A stretch of 64,000 nucleotides of DNA, from NCBI GenBank assembly GCA_963822445.1, contig CAWGHO010000003.1, positions 800,001 to 864,000 on the forward strand. Direction: 5' to 3'. The DNA is from an uncultured Acidobacteriota bacterium (lineage in GTDB: Bacteria; Acidobacteriota; Thermoanaerobaculia; Gp7-AA8). Below, piece by piece: positions 50,996-60,675 of this stretch. A program made the position numbers and the translations under genes. A model generated the notes under the pieces. The model was not told the DNA's origin and made no database searches. It worked only from the letters and a program-made list of their open reading frames with translations. Within the stretch, counting starts at the first letter, position 1, and each line of letters opens with the position of its first letter.

Positions 50996-52099
50996 ATGCC
51001 TCCATCACGACTCGTTCTCGAAGACGGCACGGCGTACGAAGGCGAGTCGTTCGGCTCGCCGGCGGACACCATCGGCGAAGTCGTCTTCAACACCTCCCTC
51101 ACCGGCTACCAGGAGATTGCGACCGATCCTTCCTACCGGTTCCAGATCGTGGTGATGACCTATCCCCACATCGGCAACTACGGCGTGGAGAAGCAGGTCG
51201 CGCAGAGCGAAGAGCCGCAGGTCGCCGGGTTCGTCGTGCGCGACGCGGTCGCCGAGCCGTCGAACGCCCACTCGCAGATGTCCCTCGGCGATTACTTCGC
51301 CAACAACAAAATCTCCGCGATCGCTGGCGTCGACACCCGCGCGCTGACGCGCAAGATCCGCAACGAGGGGGCGATGCGGGGGATGATCACCAGCGATGCG
51401 AACCGGTCGATTGATTCGATTGTCGCCGAGCTTCGCCAGGCACCTTCGATGGCCGGCCTCGATCTCGTGCAGCGCGTCACCGCGCTTCGCCCGTATCCCT
51501 TCGACGAACATCCCGCCGAGAAAAAATTGTCCGTTGCGGTCTACGACTTCGGCGTGAAGCGGGACATCCTCCGCCAGCTCACCAGCGTCGGCTGCGACGT
51601 GACCGTCTATCCGGCCACGACCCACGCCGATGAGCTCCTCTCCCGCAACTACGACGGCGTGCTGCTGTCGAATGGCCCCGGCGATCCCGAGCCCGTGACG
51701 TACGCGCAGGAGAACATCCGCCATCTCGTGGGCAAGGTCCCGATCTTCGGCATCTGCCTCGGCCATCAGCTCCTCGGCCTGGCCCTCGGCGGCAAGACGT
51801 ACAAGCTGAAATTCGGACATCGCGGCGGCAATCATCCGGTCAAGGACCTGCGCACCGGCCGCGTGGAGATCACCGCGCAGAATCACGGCTTCTCCGTCGA
51901 TCCCGATTCGCTGAGCGAGAACACCGTCGAGTACACGCACATCAATCTCAACGATCAGACCCTGGAAGGCTTCCGCCACCGCAGCGAGCCGGCCATGGCC
52001 GTGCAGTACCACCCCGAATCGGCTCCGGGACCGCATGACTCCTTCTATCTCTTCGGCGATTTCGTCCGGATGATGGAGGAATGGCGCGGTAAGAAATGA
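50996..52099 (+). CDS. carA: Carbamoyl-phosphate synthase small subunit
   Basis: LVLEDG, GEVVFNT..TGYQE..TDPSY, SNGPGDP, GICLGHQ, QYHPE. Confidence 0.97.
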   Translation: MPPSRLVLEDGTAYEGESFGSPADTIGEVVFNTSLTGYQEIATDPSYRFQIVVMTYPHIGNYGVEKQVAQSEEPQVAGFVVRDAVAEPSNAHSQMSLGDYFANNKISAIAGVDTRALTRKIRNEGAMRGMITSDANRSIDSIVAELRQAPSMAGLDLVQRVTALRPYPFDEHPAEKKLSVAVYDFGVKRDILRQLTSVGCDVTVYPATTHADELLSRNYDGVLLSNGPGDPEPVTYAQENIRHLVGKVPIFGICLGHQLLGLALGGKTYKLKFGHRGGNHPVKDLRTGRVEITAQNHGFSVDPDSLSENTVEYTHINLNDQTLEGFRHRSEPAMAVQYHPESAPGPHDSFYLFGDFVRMMEEWRGKK

Positions 52100-52401
52100 G
52101 AGTGCTGGACGTCATCTTCTGGGTGTTCGCGGGAGGGGTCGTCCTGTTCATCGTCGTCAACTGGCTGCGGATGCTGCTTCTCGACGATCTGTTTGCGCGT
52201 CGCGGCCGGAGGAGGATGTCGGCCGCGGGCGGATTCGCGGACAACGGGGTGAGCTCGTTCTCGTCGGACCTCTCTTCTTCAGGCAGCGACAGCACTGGTG
52301 AAGCCGGTGGAAACGATTCGGGCGGCGGCGAATCGGGCGGCGGCGATTTCAGCGGCGGCGGCGGCGAATCGGGTGGCGGCGGATCGAGCGGAGGCTGGTA
52401 A
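52096..52401 (+). CDS. Small single-TM protein with Gly/Ser-rich tail
   Basis: ATGA overlap with carA; ends FSGGGGESGGGGSSGGW. Confidence 0.7.
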   Translation: MRVLDVIFWVFAGGVVLFIVVNWLRMLLLDDLFARRGRRRMSAAGGFADNGVSSFSSDLSSSGSDSTGEAGGNDSGGGESGGGDFSGGGGESGGGGSSGGW

Positions 52402-52766
52402 TGGCCGTCACCGCGCTACATCACGTGCAGCTGGCGATGCCTCCAGATCGTGAGGACGAGGCCCGTGCGTTCTACATCGGCGTCCTCGGATTCACGGAGA
52501 CTCCGAAGCCGGCAAACCTGGTGACGCGCGGAGGTCTCTGGCTCCAGTCGGGAACCGCGGACGTGCACCTCGGCGTGGAACAGGATTTTCGTCCGGCGAA
52601 GAAAGCGCATCCCGCGCTGCTGGTCGACGATCTGGAAGCGATCCGGCGCGCGTGCGAGGCATCAGGCTCGATGCTCACGATCGACGAGCCGCTGGAAGGC
52701 TACGACCGCGCGTATGTCGCCGATCCGTTCGGCAATCGCATCGAGCTACTGCAGCCACTCCCGTAA
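52401..52766 (+). CDS. VOC/glyoxalase family protein
   Basis: LHHVQL, ARAFY..VLG, KKAHPA, DPFGNRIEL. Confidence 0.9.
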   Translation: MAVTALHHVQLAMPPDREDEARAFYIGVLGFTETPKPANLVTRGGLWLQSGTADVHLGVEQDFRPAKKAHPALLVDDLEAIRRACEASGSMLTIDEPLEGYDRAYVADPFGNRIELLQPLP

Positions 52767-53120
52767 CGCGGCGTGCAGCTCCGCCGGATCGACGCCCGGC
52801 GGATTAATCGGATAGCGCGAGCCATTCAGCACATCCATGGCCACGCCACGCTCGGTGATGACCACGCTGGTGATGTTTGCGCGCAGCACGGCGTAGCTTC
52901 GGAAGAACGTGCGGAGGATCAGGCGGTCAGGGAGGATCTCGAGCTCGCGGACTTCCGTGCGCAGACCGGCGAACGCGCCGGCGATGAAGGTGAGCGGGAG
53001 CAGCACGCCGATGATCGTCTCGCGCAGGAAGAAAACGGCCGCGGCGAGTCCGCAGAAGCCGATCAGCAGCAGTGCGAGCGCGGCGACCTCCGCGACCGGC
53101 CGCTGCTCGCCGAATCGCAC
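52746..53120 (-). CDS. Hypothetical membrane protein (2 TM plus PH-like domain)
   Basis: GTG start overlaps the mutase stop (TAGTG); two TMs. Confidence 0.6.
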   Translation of the reverse strand: MRFGEQRPVAEVAALALLLIGFCGLAAAVFFLRETIIGVLLPLTFIAGAFAGLRTEVRELEILPDRLILRTFFRSYAVLRANITSVVITERGVAMDVLNGSRYPINPPGVDPAELHAALREWLQ

Positions 53121-54679
53121 TAGAAATTCTGCTCCGTGTGCTCGCCGAAGGTCTTCTTCAGCGTCCCCACGATCTCGCCGATCGTGCATTCGTTGCGCAC
53201 GGCGTCGACGATCAGCGGCATGAGGTTCTCGCTCGAGCGCGCGGCCGTATCGAGAGCCTCCAGTGCGCGCTGCCAGTCGCGCGTTCGCGACTCGCGGAAC
53301 GCCTGCAGGCGAGCCACCTGATCGCGCTCCACGCTCTCCTCGATGACCATCGTCGGCAGCGCGATCTGATCCGCTTCGATGAACTCATTCACGCCGACGA
53401 CGATGGCCTGCTTTTCTTCGAGCGCGCGCTGGGCTATGTAGGCGGAGTCGCCGATCTCGTGCTGCATGAATCCTGATTCGATGGCCGCTTTCGCTCCGCC
53501 CATCGCGTCGATCTTCTCGATGAGCGCGCGGGCCTCGCGCTCGATGTCGAGCGTCATCGCTTCGACGGCGTAGGAGCCGGCCAGCGGATCGGCGGTCGTA
53601 GCCACGCCGCTTTCATGGGCGAGGATCTGCTGCGTGCGCAAGGCGATCTTCACCGACTCCTCCGTCGGCAGCGCCAGCGCTTCATCGCGGCTGTTCGTGT
53701 GCAGCGACTGGCAGCCGCCCAGCACCGCGGCCATGGCCTGGTAGGCGACCCGGATCACGTTGTTCTCCGGCTGCTGCGCGGTCAGCGTCGAGCCGGCGGT
53801 CTGCGCATGAAAGCGTAGCGCCAGCGAGCGGGCATCCTTCGGCGCGTAACGCTCCTTCATCAGCGTCGCCCAGAGCTTGCGCGCGGCGCGGAACTTCGCG
53901 ACCTCTTCCAGAAAATCGTTGTGGGCGTTGAAGAAGAACGAAATGCGCGGCGCGAAGGTATCGACGTCCAGCCCTCGCTCGACTGCCGCCTGCACGTACT
54001 GCAGGCCGTTCGCGATCGTGAACGCCACCTCCTGCACCGCCGTCGATCCGGCTTCGCGGATGTGGTAGCCGGAGACGGAGATCGTGTTCCAGCGCGGGAC
54101 GTGTTTCGCGCAGAACTCGAAGATGTCCGTGACGATGCGCAGGGAAGGGGTGGGCGGGAAGATGTACGTGCCCCTGGCCGCGTACTCCTTGAGGATGTCG
54201 TTCTGAATCGTGCCGCTGAGCTTCGACCAGTCGGTGCCGCGCCGCTCTGCGACGACGAGCAGCAGCGCGAGGAGGATCGATGCCGGCGCGTTGATGGTCA
54301 TCGAGATCGACACTTCGTCGAGCGGAATCGCATCGAGCAGCGTTTCCATGTCGGCGATCGAATCGATGGCCACGCCGACCTTGCCCACTTCACCGCGGGC
54401 GCGTTTGTCGTCGGAGTCCATGCCGATCTGGGTCGGCAGATCGAAGGCCACGGAGAGTCCGGTCGTGCCGCGCTCGAGGAGATAGCGGTAGCGGCGGTTC
54501 GACTCCGCGGCCGTGGAGAAGCCGGCGTACTGCCGCATCGTCCAGAGCTTGCCGCGGTACATCGATTTCTGCGGACCGCGCGTAAATGGAAACTGTCCCG
54601 GCTCGGCCACGTCGCGCTCGGCGTCAAAGGCGCGATCGGCAAGATCCCGGGGCGTAAAAAGAGGTGAGCGGTCCGTCAC
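53120..54679 (-). CDS. Methylmalonyl-CoA mutase family, substrate-binding large subunit (split type, no B12 domain)
   Basis: [41 protein letters not shown]. No DxHxxG domain. Confidence 0.93.
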   Translation of the reverse strand: MTDRSPLFTPRDLADRAFDAERDVAEPGQFPFTRGPQKSMYRGKLWTMRQYAGFSTAAESNRRYRYLLERGTTGLSVAFDLPTQIGMDSDDKRARGEVGKVGVAIDSIADMETLLDAIPLDEVSISMTINAPASILLALLLVVAERRGTDWSKLSGTIQNDILKEYAARGTYIFPPTPSLRIVTDIFEFCAKHVPRWNTISVSGYHIREAGSTAVQEVAFTIANGLQYVQAAVERGLDVDTFAPRISFFFNAHNDFLEEVAKFRAARKLWATLMKERYAPKDARSLALRFHAQTAGSTLTAQQPENNVIRVAYQAMAAVLGGCQSLHTNSRDEALALPTEESVKIALRTQQILAHESGVATTADPLAGSYAVEAMTLDIEREARALIEKIDAMGGAKAAIESGFMQHEIGDSAYIAQRALEEKQAIVVGVNEFIEADQIALPTMVIEESVERDQVARLQAFRESRTRDWQRALEALDTAARSSENLMPLIVDAVRNECTIGEIVGTLKKTFGEHTEQNF

Positions 54680-54704
54680 GGCGGCGTAGTTTATTCATGA
54701 ATCG

Positions 54705-54730
54705 GGCTCCCAGCCATTTACTTGGGAGCC
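54705..54730. promoter_or_regulatory. Palindrome between divergent genes (possible operator)
   Basis: ggctccca-N10-tgggagcc. Confidence 0.3.
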
Positions 54731-54752
54731 GAAAAGTCCCATATTGGTCGCC

Positions 54753-56582
54753 ATGCGCGTCCATTCTCTTGCCGTACCTCTGCTCGCACTGTGTCTTTTG
54801 ACAGGCGCCGTCTCCGCACAGGAGTCGATGCGCGTCTCGCCGACCACCATCCGCCCGGGCGATGAAGGCTTCCTCGCGATCTTCGTGAGCGGCCTGAGCT
54901 CCCTGGACCTGATCACGGTCACGTTCAACGGGCCGGCCGGTCAGTTCACCCTCGAGCCGAGCTACGTCGATGCGAACCAGATCATCACGTACGTTCCGCT
55001 CGAGATCATGGTCACGGAAGGCCGCTACTCGGTCGACGTGTACGTGCAGCGCGGAGAGCTCACGCAGCACTTCGGCCCCGGCTTCTTCGACGTCGAGGTC
55101 CCTGAGAACGAGCCGGATCCGTTCTACCTGGTTCTTCCCGAATCCATCGTCGCCGAAGCTACGTCGCTCGACGGCACCAAGGTCGACTTCGAGGCCCTGA
55201 CGAACACCGGTGCCGCGGCTACATGCACGCCGGCCTCGGGCTCGAACTTCCCGCTGGGCGGGACGGTCGTGCAGTGCTCGGCGACGAACGGCGCCGGCCA
55301 GACCGCGCAAGGCTCATTCCCGCTCTTCGTCGTGGACACGACCCCGCCGGTGATCACCGTTCCGGAGTCGTTCACCTCCACGAATCCGGTCACGTACACG
55401 GTGACCGCGACCGATACGCTCGATCCGAATCCGACGGTCGTCTGCCACCCGCCGTCGGGTAGCACGCTGCCGGGCGGCGTGAACAAGATCAACTGCTACG
55501 CATACGATCACCAGCTGAACTACGCCTTCGGTTCCTTCACGGTGACGGTGCCCGGTGGTCCTCCGGCGCTGAACCTGCCGGACGACATCCAGGCCGAAGC
55601 GAGCAGCGCCGCCGGCGCGGTCGTGACGTTCGACGTTTCGGCCACCGACAACGCCGAACTGTCCTGCAGCCACGCTTCCGGCGCGACGTTCCCGCTCGGC
55701 GAGACGATCGTGAGCTGCTCGGCTACGACTCAAAACGGCACGACCACCGGGGCCTTCAAGATCCTGGTGTTCGACTTCACCGCGCCGGTTCTGACCGTCC
55801 CTGCTGACTTCACGGTCGGCGCGACGGGGCCGTCCGGTGCGGTCGTGACCTTCGTGACCTCCGCGACGGACACGGTCGACAGCAACCCGACTATCGTCTG
55901 CCTGCCGGCCTCCGGCGCCACGTTCCCGATCGGCACGACTCTCGTGGTGTGCTACGCGTACGACGACTTCGGCAACACCGACTTCAACGAGTTCCGGGTG
56001 ACGGTGATCGAAACGCCGCCGCCGGTGCTCACGGTTCCGAGCGACATGACCGTCGAGGCCACCGGCCCGGGCGGCGCTACGGTGACCTTCACCGCCACGG
56101 CCACCAACGACGGCGTCGTCACCTGCACGCCTGCGTCGGGCTCGCTGTTCCCGCTCGGCACGACCACGGTCTCCTGCACCGCAACGAACGCGGGCGGCAG
56201 CGACACGGAAACGTTCAAGATCAACGTCGTCGACACGACGGCGCCGATCATCATCCTGGTCAAGCCGTCCCTGGTGGCGCTGTGGCCGCCGGATCACAAG
56301 ATGGTTCCGATCACGGTCACCGTGGTCGCCATCGACGCCGTCGATCTCGATCCGACCTCAGTCATCACCTCGGTCACCTCGAACCAGCCCGACAACGGCA
56401 CGGGCGACGGCGACACCCCGGGCGACTGGGAGATCACCGGTCCGCTCACCGTCGACCTGCGTGCCGAGCGTTCGGGTACGCAGGACCGCATTTACACGAT
56501 CACCGTCGAGACCACCGACGCCAGCGGCAACACGTCGACCGCCACGACGACCGTCCGCGTGACCCAGTCGCGGCGGCGCTAA
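54753..56582 (+). CDS. Secreted HYR-repeat (Ig-like) protein
   Basis: Signal peptide; about 5 repeats of EAT...GA.V.F..ATD...C.P.SG..FP.G.T.V.C.A; C-terminal LWPPDHKM domain. Confidence 0.9.
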   Translation: MRVHSLAVPLLALCLLTGAVSAQESMRVSPTTIRPGDEGFLAIFVSGLSSLDLITVTFNGPAGQFTLEPSYVDANQIITYVPLEIMVTEGRYSVDVYVQRGELTQHFGPGFFDVEVPENEPDPFYLVLPESIVAEATSLDGTKVDFEALTNTGAAATCTPASGSNFPLGGTVVQCSATNGAGQTAQGSFPLFVVDTTPPVITVPESFTSTNPVTYTVTATDTLDPNPTVVCHPPSGSTLPGGVNKINCYAYDHQLNYAFGSFTVTVPGGPPALNLPDDIQAEASSAAGAVVTFDVSATDNAELSCSHASGATFPLGETIVSCSATTQNGTTTGAFKILVFDFTAPVLTVPADFTVGATGPSGAVVTFVTSATDTVDSNPTIVCLPASGATFPIGTTLVVCYAYDDFGNTDFNEFRVTVIETPPPVLTVPSDMTVEATGPGGATVTFTATATNDGVVTCTPASGSLFPLGTTTVSCTATNAGGSDTETFKINVVDTTAPIIILVKPSLVALWPPDHKMVPITVTVVAIDAVDLDPTSVITSVTSNQPDNGTGDGDTPGDWEITGPLTVDLRAERSGTQDRIYTITVETTDASGNTSTATTTVRVTQSRRR

Positions 56583-56596
56583 ACTGCCTTCTTTCC

Positions 56597-56629
56597 GGCG
56601 AGGGATCTCCTGACACGAGATCCCTCGCC
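56597..56629. repeat. 13-bp hairpin related to the 42846 REP core (possible terminator)
   Basis: ggcgagggatctc-N7-gagatccctcgcc after the HYR gene stop. Confidence 0.65.
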
Positions 56630-56675
56630 CGGTTCCGGAACCATCGAAAGCGGCGGATATAATCGCGCTCCCTCG

Positions 56676-57825
56676 ATGGGCCTTTCCGGCAACCTCCGAA
56701 CGATGCTTCCCGGCGATCTGCTCCAATGGCTCAGCCTTGGACAGAAGACGGGTACGCTCGTGATCTCCAACAAGCGCGTCGAGAAGAAGATCTTTTTCCG
56801 CACCGGCCGGGTGATCTCCTCCGCCTCCAACGACCCCCGCGAGTACCTCGGCCAGTTCCTCATGAGCCACGGCTATCTCGAGCGAGCCGGAGCTGAAGAA
56901 GGCCATGGAGGTCCAGACCCAGTCGGGAATCCTCCTCGGCAAGATCCTGGTGATGATCGACGTCATCGGCGAGAAGGATCTGCAGCGGCTGATGCGGCTG
57001 AAGGCGGAAGAAGAGATCTACGACATCTTCCTGTGGGAGGACGGCGACTTCTATTTCATCGACGACCAGCTTCCGCAGATGGAGATGATCCCGCTGCAGG
57101 TCGACGTCACCGGAATCATCATGGAAGGGACGCGCCGCGTCGACGAATGGGCGCGCATCCGCGAGGTCGTTCCCAACGACACCGTGATCCCGCTGACGGT
57201 GAAGGACATCGATCCGACCGAGCTCGAGGAGCACGAGCTGCTGATCGCGCGCGCGATCGACGGCAAGCGCAGCATCGCCGAGATCGTGCTGGAGAGCCGT
57301 TCCTCGGAGTTCGCGGTGTCAGGAACGGTGAGCACGCTCGTGCGGCAGGGCGCGGTGGATCTCCTCGATCCGGCGGTGAAGGCCGCGCCCGCGGAGGCTG
57401 ACGTTCCGGTCGTGCCCGCGGCTCGGCCGGAGTTCAACGAAGACGACGAGATCGTGTCGCTGCTGACCGGCGCGCAGAACGCGCTGCGCTCGCGCGACTA
57501 CGAAAAGACCCAGCGCCTCCTCCGCGCGGCGCAGAACCTCGATCCGAATCATCCGAAGGTCCGCAGCGCCATCAGAGGCGCCGAGACGGTCATCCTCGGC
57601 GAGCTCCGCAATCAGGGTCTGATGGACTCGAAAGTCCCGAAGGTGGCCCGGTCACTGGAAGACATCACCCAGATGAACTTCTCCCCGAACGAAGGCTTCA
57701 TCCTCTCGCGCATCAACGGGACCTGGGACATCGGCTCGCTGATCAAGATCAGCCCCATCCGCGAGACCGACGCGATGCTCATCTTTCACAAGCTGTGGAA
57801 AGACGGGATCATCGCGCTGGACTGA
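56676..57825 (+). pseudogene. DUF4388 (PATAN-like) domain protein with a +1 frameshift near 56880
   Basis: MGLSGNLRTMLPGDLLQWL..KTGTL. Removing one G at 56880 gives GYLSEPELKKAMEVQ..LLGKILV..IFLWEDGDF. Confidence 0.8.
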
Positions 57826-57826
57826 G

Positions 57827-58279
57827 CTACTCGAGTCCCACCGCCGCCCGCAGCTCGACTTCCAGCGTGTTCATCTCCCCCGAATCCGTCTCGTGGTCGT
57901 AGCCAAGCGCGTGCAGAACGCCGTGCAGGATCAGGTAGCGGAGCTCCGTCGCCAGCGAATGCTTTTCGTCCGCGGCCTGGCGGCGGGCCTGGTCGAGGGA
58001 GATGACGATGTCGCCGAGGGGGCGGCCTTTCGACGAGGGGTCGGCGTAGGAGTCGTCGGCGGGGAAGGTGAGCACGTCCGTCGTTTTGTTTTTGCGGCGG
58101 AACTTGCGATTGAGTCCGGCCATGGTCTCGTCATCGACCAGCGCGATCGACGCCTCGGTGATCTCCCGCTCGATACGGTTCATCTTCTCGAGCGCGAGCA
58201 GGACCTTCCGCGCGAACTCCGCGATCTCGCGGCGGCTGAAACGGGGAACCGCTGGCCCGGTGACCTCGACCTTGCTCAC
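57827..58279 (-). CDS. ybeY: rRNA maturation endoribonuclease YbeY
   Basis: LNRKFR.K..TDVLTF, LGDIVIS, HGVLHALGYDH. Confidence 0.95.
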   Translation of the reverse strand: MSKVEVTGPAVPRFSRREIAEFARKVLLALEKMNRIEREITEASIALVDDETMAGLNRKFRRKNKTTDVLTFPADDSYADPSSKGRPLGDIVISLDQARRQAADEKHSLATELRYLILHGVLHALGYDHETDSGEMNTLEVELRAAVGLE

Positions 58280-59265
58280 GAAGCCGGCGCCTCGTCCTTT
58301 TTCTTCGACGCGTCCCACTTGTCGTAGGCGGTGACGATCTTGCCGACCAGCGGATGGCGAACGACGTCCTTGTCGCTGAAGTCGAAGAACTTCAATCCTT
58401 CCACGCCGTCGAGGATGCGCCGCACTTCGCGCAGGCCTGACTTCTTCCCGTCGGGTAGATCGACCTGGGTGATGTCGCCGGTGACGACGGCTTTGGAGCC
58501 GAATCCGAGGCGGGTGAGGAACATCTTCATCTGCTCGGGAGTCGTGTTCTGGGCCTCGTCGAGAATGATGAACGCGTCGTTGAGCGTGCGTCCGCGCATG
58601 AACGCGAGCGGCGCGATCTCGATGATGCTCCGCTCCATCAGCTTCTCCACTTTCTCGAAGCCGATGATGTCGTACAGCGAGTCGTACAGCGGGCGGAGGT
58701 AGGGATTGACCTTCTCGGCGATGTCGCCGGGGAGGAATCCGAGACGCTCACCCGCTTCGACGGCGGGACGGCAGAGGATGATCCGCTTGATTTCCTTGGC
58801 CTGCAGCGAAGCCGCGGCCGCGGCGACGGCGAGGTAGGTCTTGCCCGTGCCGGCCGGACCCACGCCGAAGACGATGTCCATGTCGTTGATGTGCTGCAGA
58901 TAAAGCTTCTGGGCCATGTTGCGCGGCGTGACCACGCGGCGCACGGCGGAGCCGACCTTGTCGTCGGTGAAGAACTCGATCAGGTTCGCGTCCGGTTTGT
59001 CTCGCGCGACGCGCACGCCCGTCAGGACGTCGGACTTCTTCATCGGATAACCCTGGGCGATCAGCGACTGCAGCTCGTTGATCACCTTCTCGACGGGAGC
59101 GAGGCTGTCCGGGGCGCCGCTGACGAAGATCTCGTTGCCACGTGAAGAGATCTTCACGTCGAAGGCGTCCTCGATCATGCGGAGATTTTCGTCGTGGCTG
59201 CCGAAGAGGGTATGGGTCTGCTGTTCGTCCAGGGTCAGTTCTATGGTCGTTTTCTGATCTGCCAT
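58276..59265 (-). CDS. phoH: PhoH family ATPase (YbeZ-like)
   Basis: GPAGTGKT, RPAVEAGERLGFLPG, RGRTL, DEAQN, GDITQVDL. Confidence 0.95.
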   Translation of the reverse strand: MADQKTTIELTLDEQQTHTLFGSHDENLRMIEDAFDVKISSRGNEIFVSGAPDSLAPVEKVINELQSLIAQGYPMKKSDVLTGVRVARDKPDANLIEFFTDDKVGSAVRRVVTPRNMAQKLYLQHINDMDIVFGVGPAGTGKTYLAVAAAAASLQAKEIKRIILCRPAVEAGERLGFLPGDIAEKVNPYLRPLYDSLYDIIGFEKVEKLMERSIIEIAPLAFMRGRTLNDAFIILDEAQNTTPEQMKMFLTRLGFGSKAVVTGDITQVDLPDGKKSGLREVRRILDGVEGLKFFDFSDKDVVRHPLVGKIVTAYDKWDASKKKDEAPAS

Positions 59266-59271
59266 GCAACC

Positions 59272-59811
59272 TCAGGTAATGAAAAAAGTGATCCAGACCT
59301 CGCCGTACTCGGCGCGGCGGTCGAATTTCAGCTGGTTCAACGCTGCGGTGAAGGGCTCCGTGCGCCGGCGATGCTCGATGGCCACTACCGCGGCGGGAGC
59401 GAGAGTCAGGTGTTTGTCCAGGGAGATCAACAGGTCGTCGTACCGGTCGTAAGCGTATGGCGGATCGGCGTAAACCACGTCAAAAACTTCGCCCTGGAGA
59501 CGCTCGATCCCGGGCATGACGTCAGCGGTTACCGTGCGGACCTGGACGCCGAACTCCCTGGCCAGCCGCTCGATGTCGGCATTTCCCTTCCGCGAAAAGT
59601 CGACGGCCACCGCTTCGGCCGCACCGCGTGAGAGTGCCTCGAAGGAAAAGATCCCGCTGCCGGCGAAGAGATCGAGAAACTTCGCGCCATCGATGCGCTC
59701 GCCGACGATGTTGAAGAAGGCCTGCCGCGCGCGCTCGGAGGTCGGCCGGACGTCCTGCTTTGGAACGGGGATGCGGCGGCCTCGAAGGGTGCCCGCGGTC
59801 ACGCGAATCAT
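59272..59811 (-). CDS. rsmD: 16S rRNA m2G966 methyltransferase
   Basis: RVTAG..RGR, RPT..R.R.A.FN, LDLFAGSG..EALSRGA, DPPY. Confidence 0.93.
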   Translation of the reverse strand: MIRVTAGTLRGRRIPVPKQDVRPTSERARQAFFNIVGERIDGAKFLDLFAGSGIFSFEALSRGAAEAVAVDFSRKGNADIERLAREFGVQVRTVTADVMPGIERLQGEVFDVVYADPPYAYDRYDDLLISLDKHLTLAPAAVVAIEHRRRTEPFTAALNQLKFDRRAEYGEVWITFFIT

Positions 59812-59812
59812 G

Positions 59813-59905
59813 GGTGGTAGGCGGTGGGCGGTAGGCGGTAGGCGGGAGAACGGCGTACTGACGGCTGCGAGGTCCCCCGCCTACCGCCTACCGCAAACCG
59901 CCTAC
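59813..59905. repeat. Inverted tandem heptamer arrays (GGCGGTA)n ... (TACCGCC)n
   Basis: About 5 units at 59813-59846, about 4 at 59876-59905, 29-nt spacer; fills the whole intergenic gap. Confidence 0.92.
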
Positions 59906-60658
59906 TCACTTCGGCCTGGCTCCCACGAAGTACTGATGCAGGTCCTTCTTGGCGATATAGACCGTCGTCGGTGCCGACAGGCACTTCAGCTCGACGACGC
60001 CATTCGGTTCGGCGACGCGGATGACGCGGTAGATCTTCTGGTCGTCAGCAACCAGCTCGTCGCCGGGCTTCGGCTCGTATCCCGCGACGCTGCTGGTCAC
60101 GTCGCGATCCTCGGAGATGGCCCGAAGCAGGTCGCGCAGCGGGGAGATGGGGCGATGGAGCGTCTTGGGAAGGACGTGGCCCGGATCAAAGACGCGCTCC
60201 ACGAACGCGCCTTCCTTGTCGTAGACCCGCAACTGCGCGCGACGGGTTGGTTTCGGAGCGGCGAGCGATTTCTGATCGATCTTGCCGAGGACTTCGATCG
60301 ATGCGGCTTTCATGTAAGCCTCGAGCGCGTCGGCGGGGATGATCACTTTCTTGCGGATGGACGAGGCGCCGGTCATGTTCACCACGACGAGGCCGCCTTC
60401 GAAGATCGAGATGCGCTGGTGCACGTCGTCGGAGACGGCGACGTAGTCGATGAGCGGCTTCGGCAGGCGCCCGTCGATCAGCTGTGACCCGATGGCCTGG
60501 ATCGCTCCCGCCAGATCGGGAACGTCGTACTTTTTCATCGGCTTGCGCGGGCCGGGCGTGGCGATCGCGGCATCGGGCGGCGCGGGCTCGACTTTGGTGA
60601 TGTCGTGCTGCGCGTTCGCGGTGAACGCAACGAGGACCGCGATCAGCAGCAGGCGCAT
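59906..60658 (-). CDS. Hypothetical exported protein
   Basis: Signal peptide MRLLLIAVLVAFTANA; TATCAT 6 nt before the ATG. Confidence 0.75.
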   Translation of the reverse strand: MRLLLIAVLVAFTANAQHDITKVEPAPPDAAIATPGPRKPMKKYDVPDLAGAIQAIGSQLIDGRLPKPLIDYVAVSDDVHQRISIFEGGLVVVNMTGASSIRKKVIIPADALEAYMKAASIEVLGKIDQKSLAAPKPTRRAQLRVYDKEGAFVERVFDPGHVLPKTLHRPISPLRDLLRAISEDRDVTSSVAGYEPKPGDELVADDQKIYRVIRVAEPNGVVELKCLSAPTTVYIAKKDLHQYFVGARPK

Positions 60659-60675
60659 GGAAGGATGATACGCGG

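Noticed and set aside
52300-52400. GGCGGC-rich DNA repeat
   Set aside because: Explained by Gly/Ser codons of the small protein.
53120-54679. Mutase lacking a B12 domain as a pseudogene
   Set aside because: Split large/small-subunit acyl-CoA mutases are well known and the catalytic motifs are intact.
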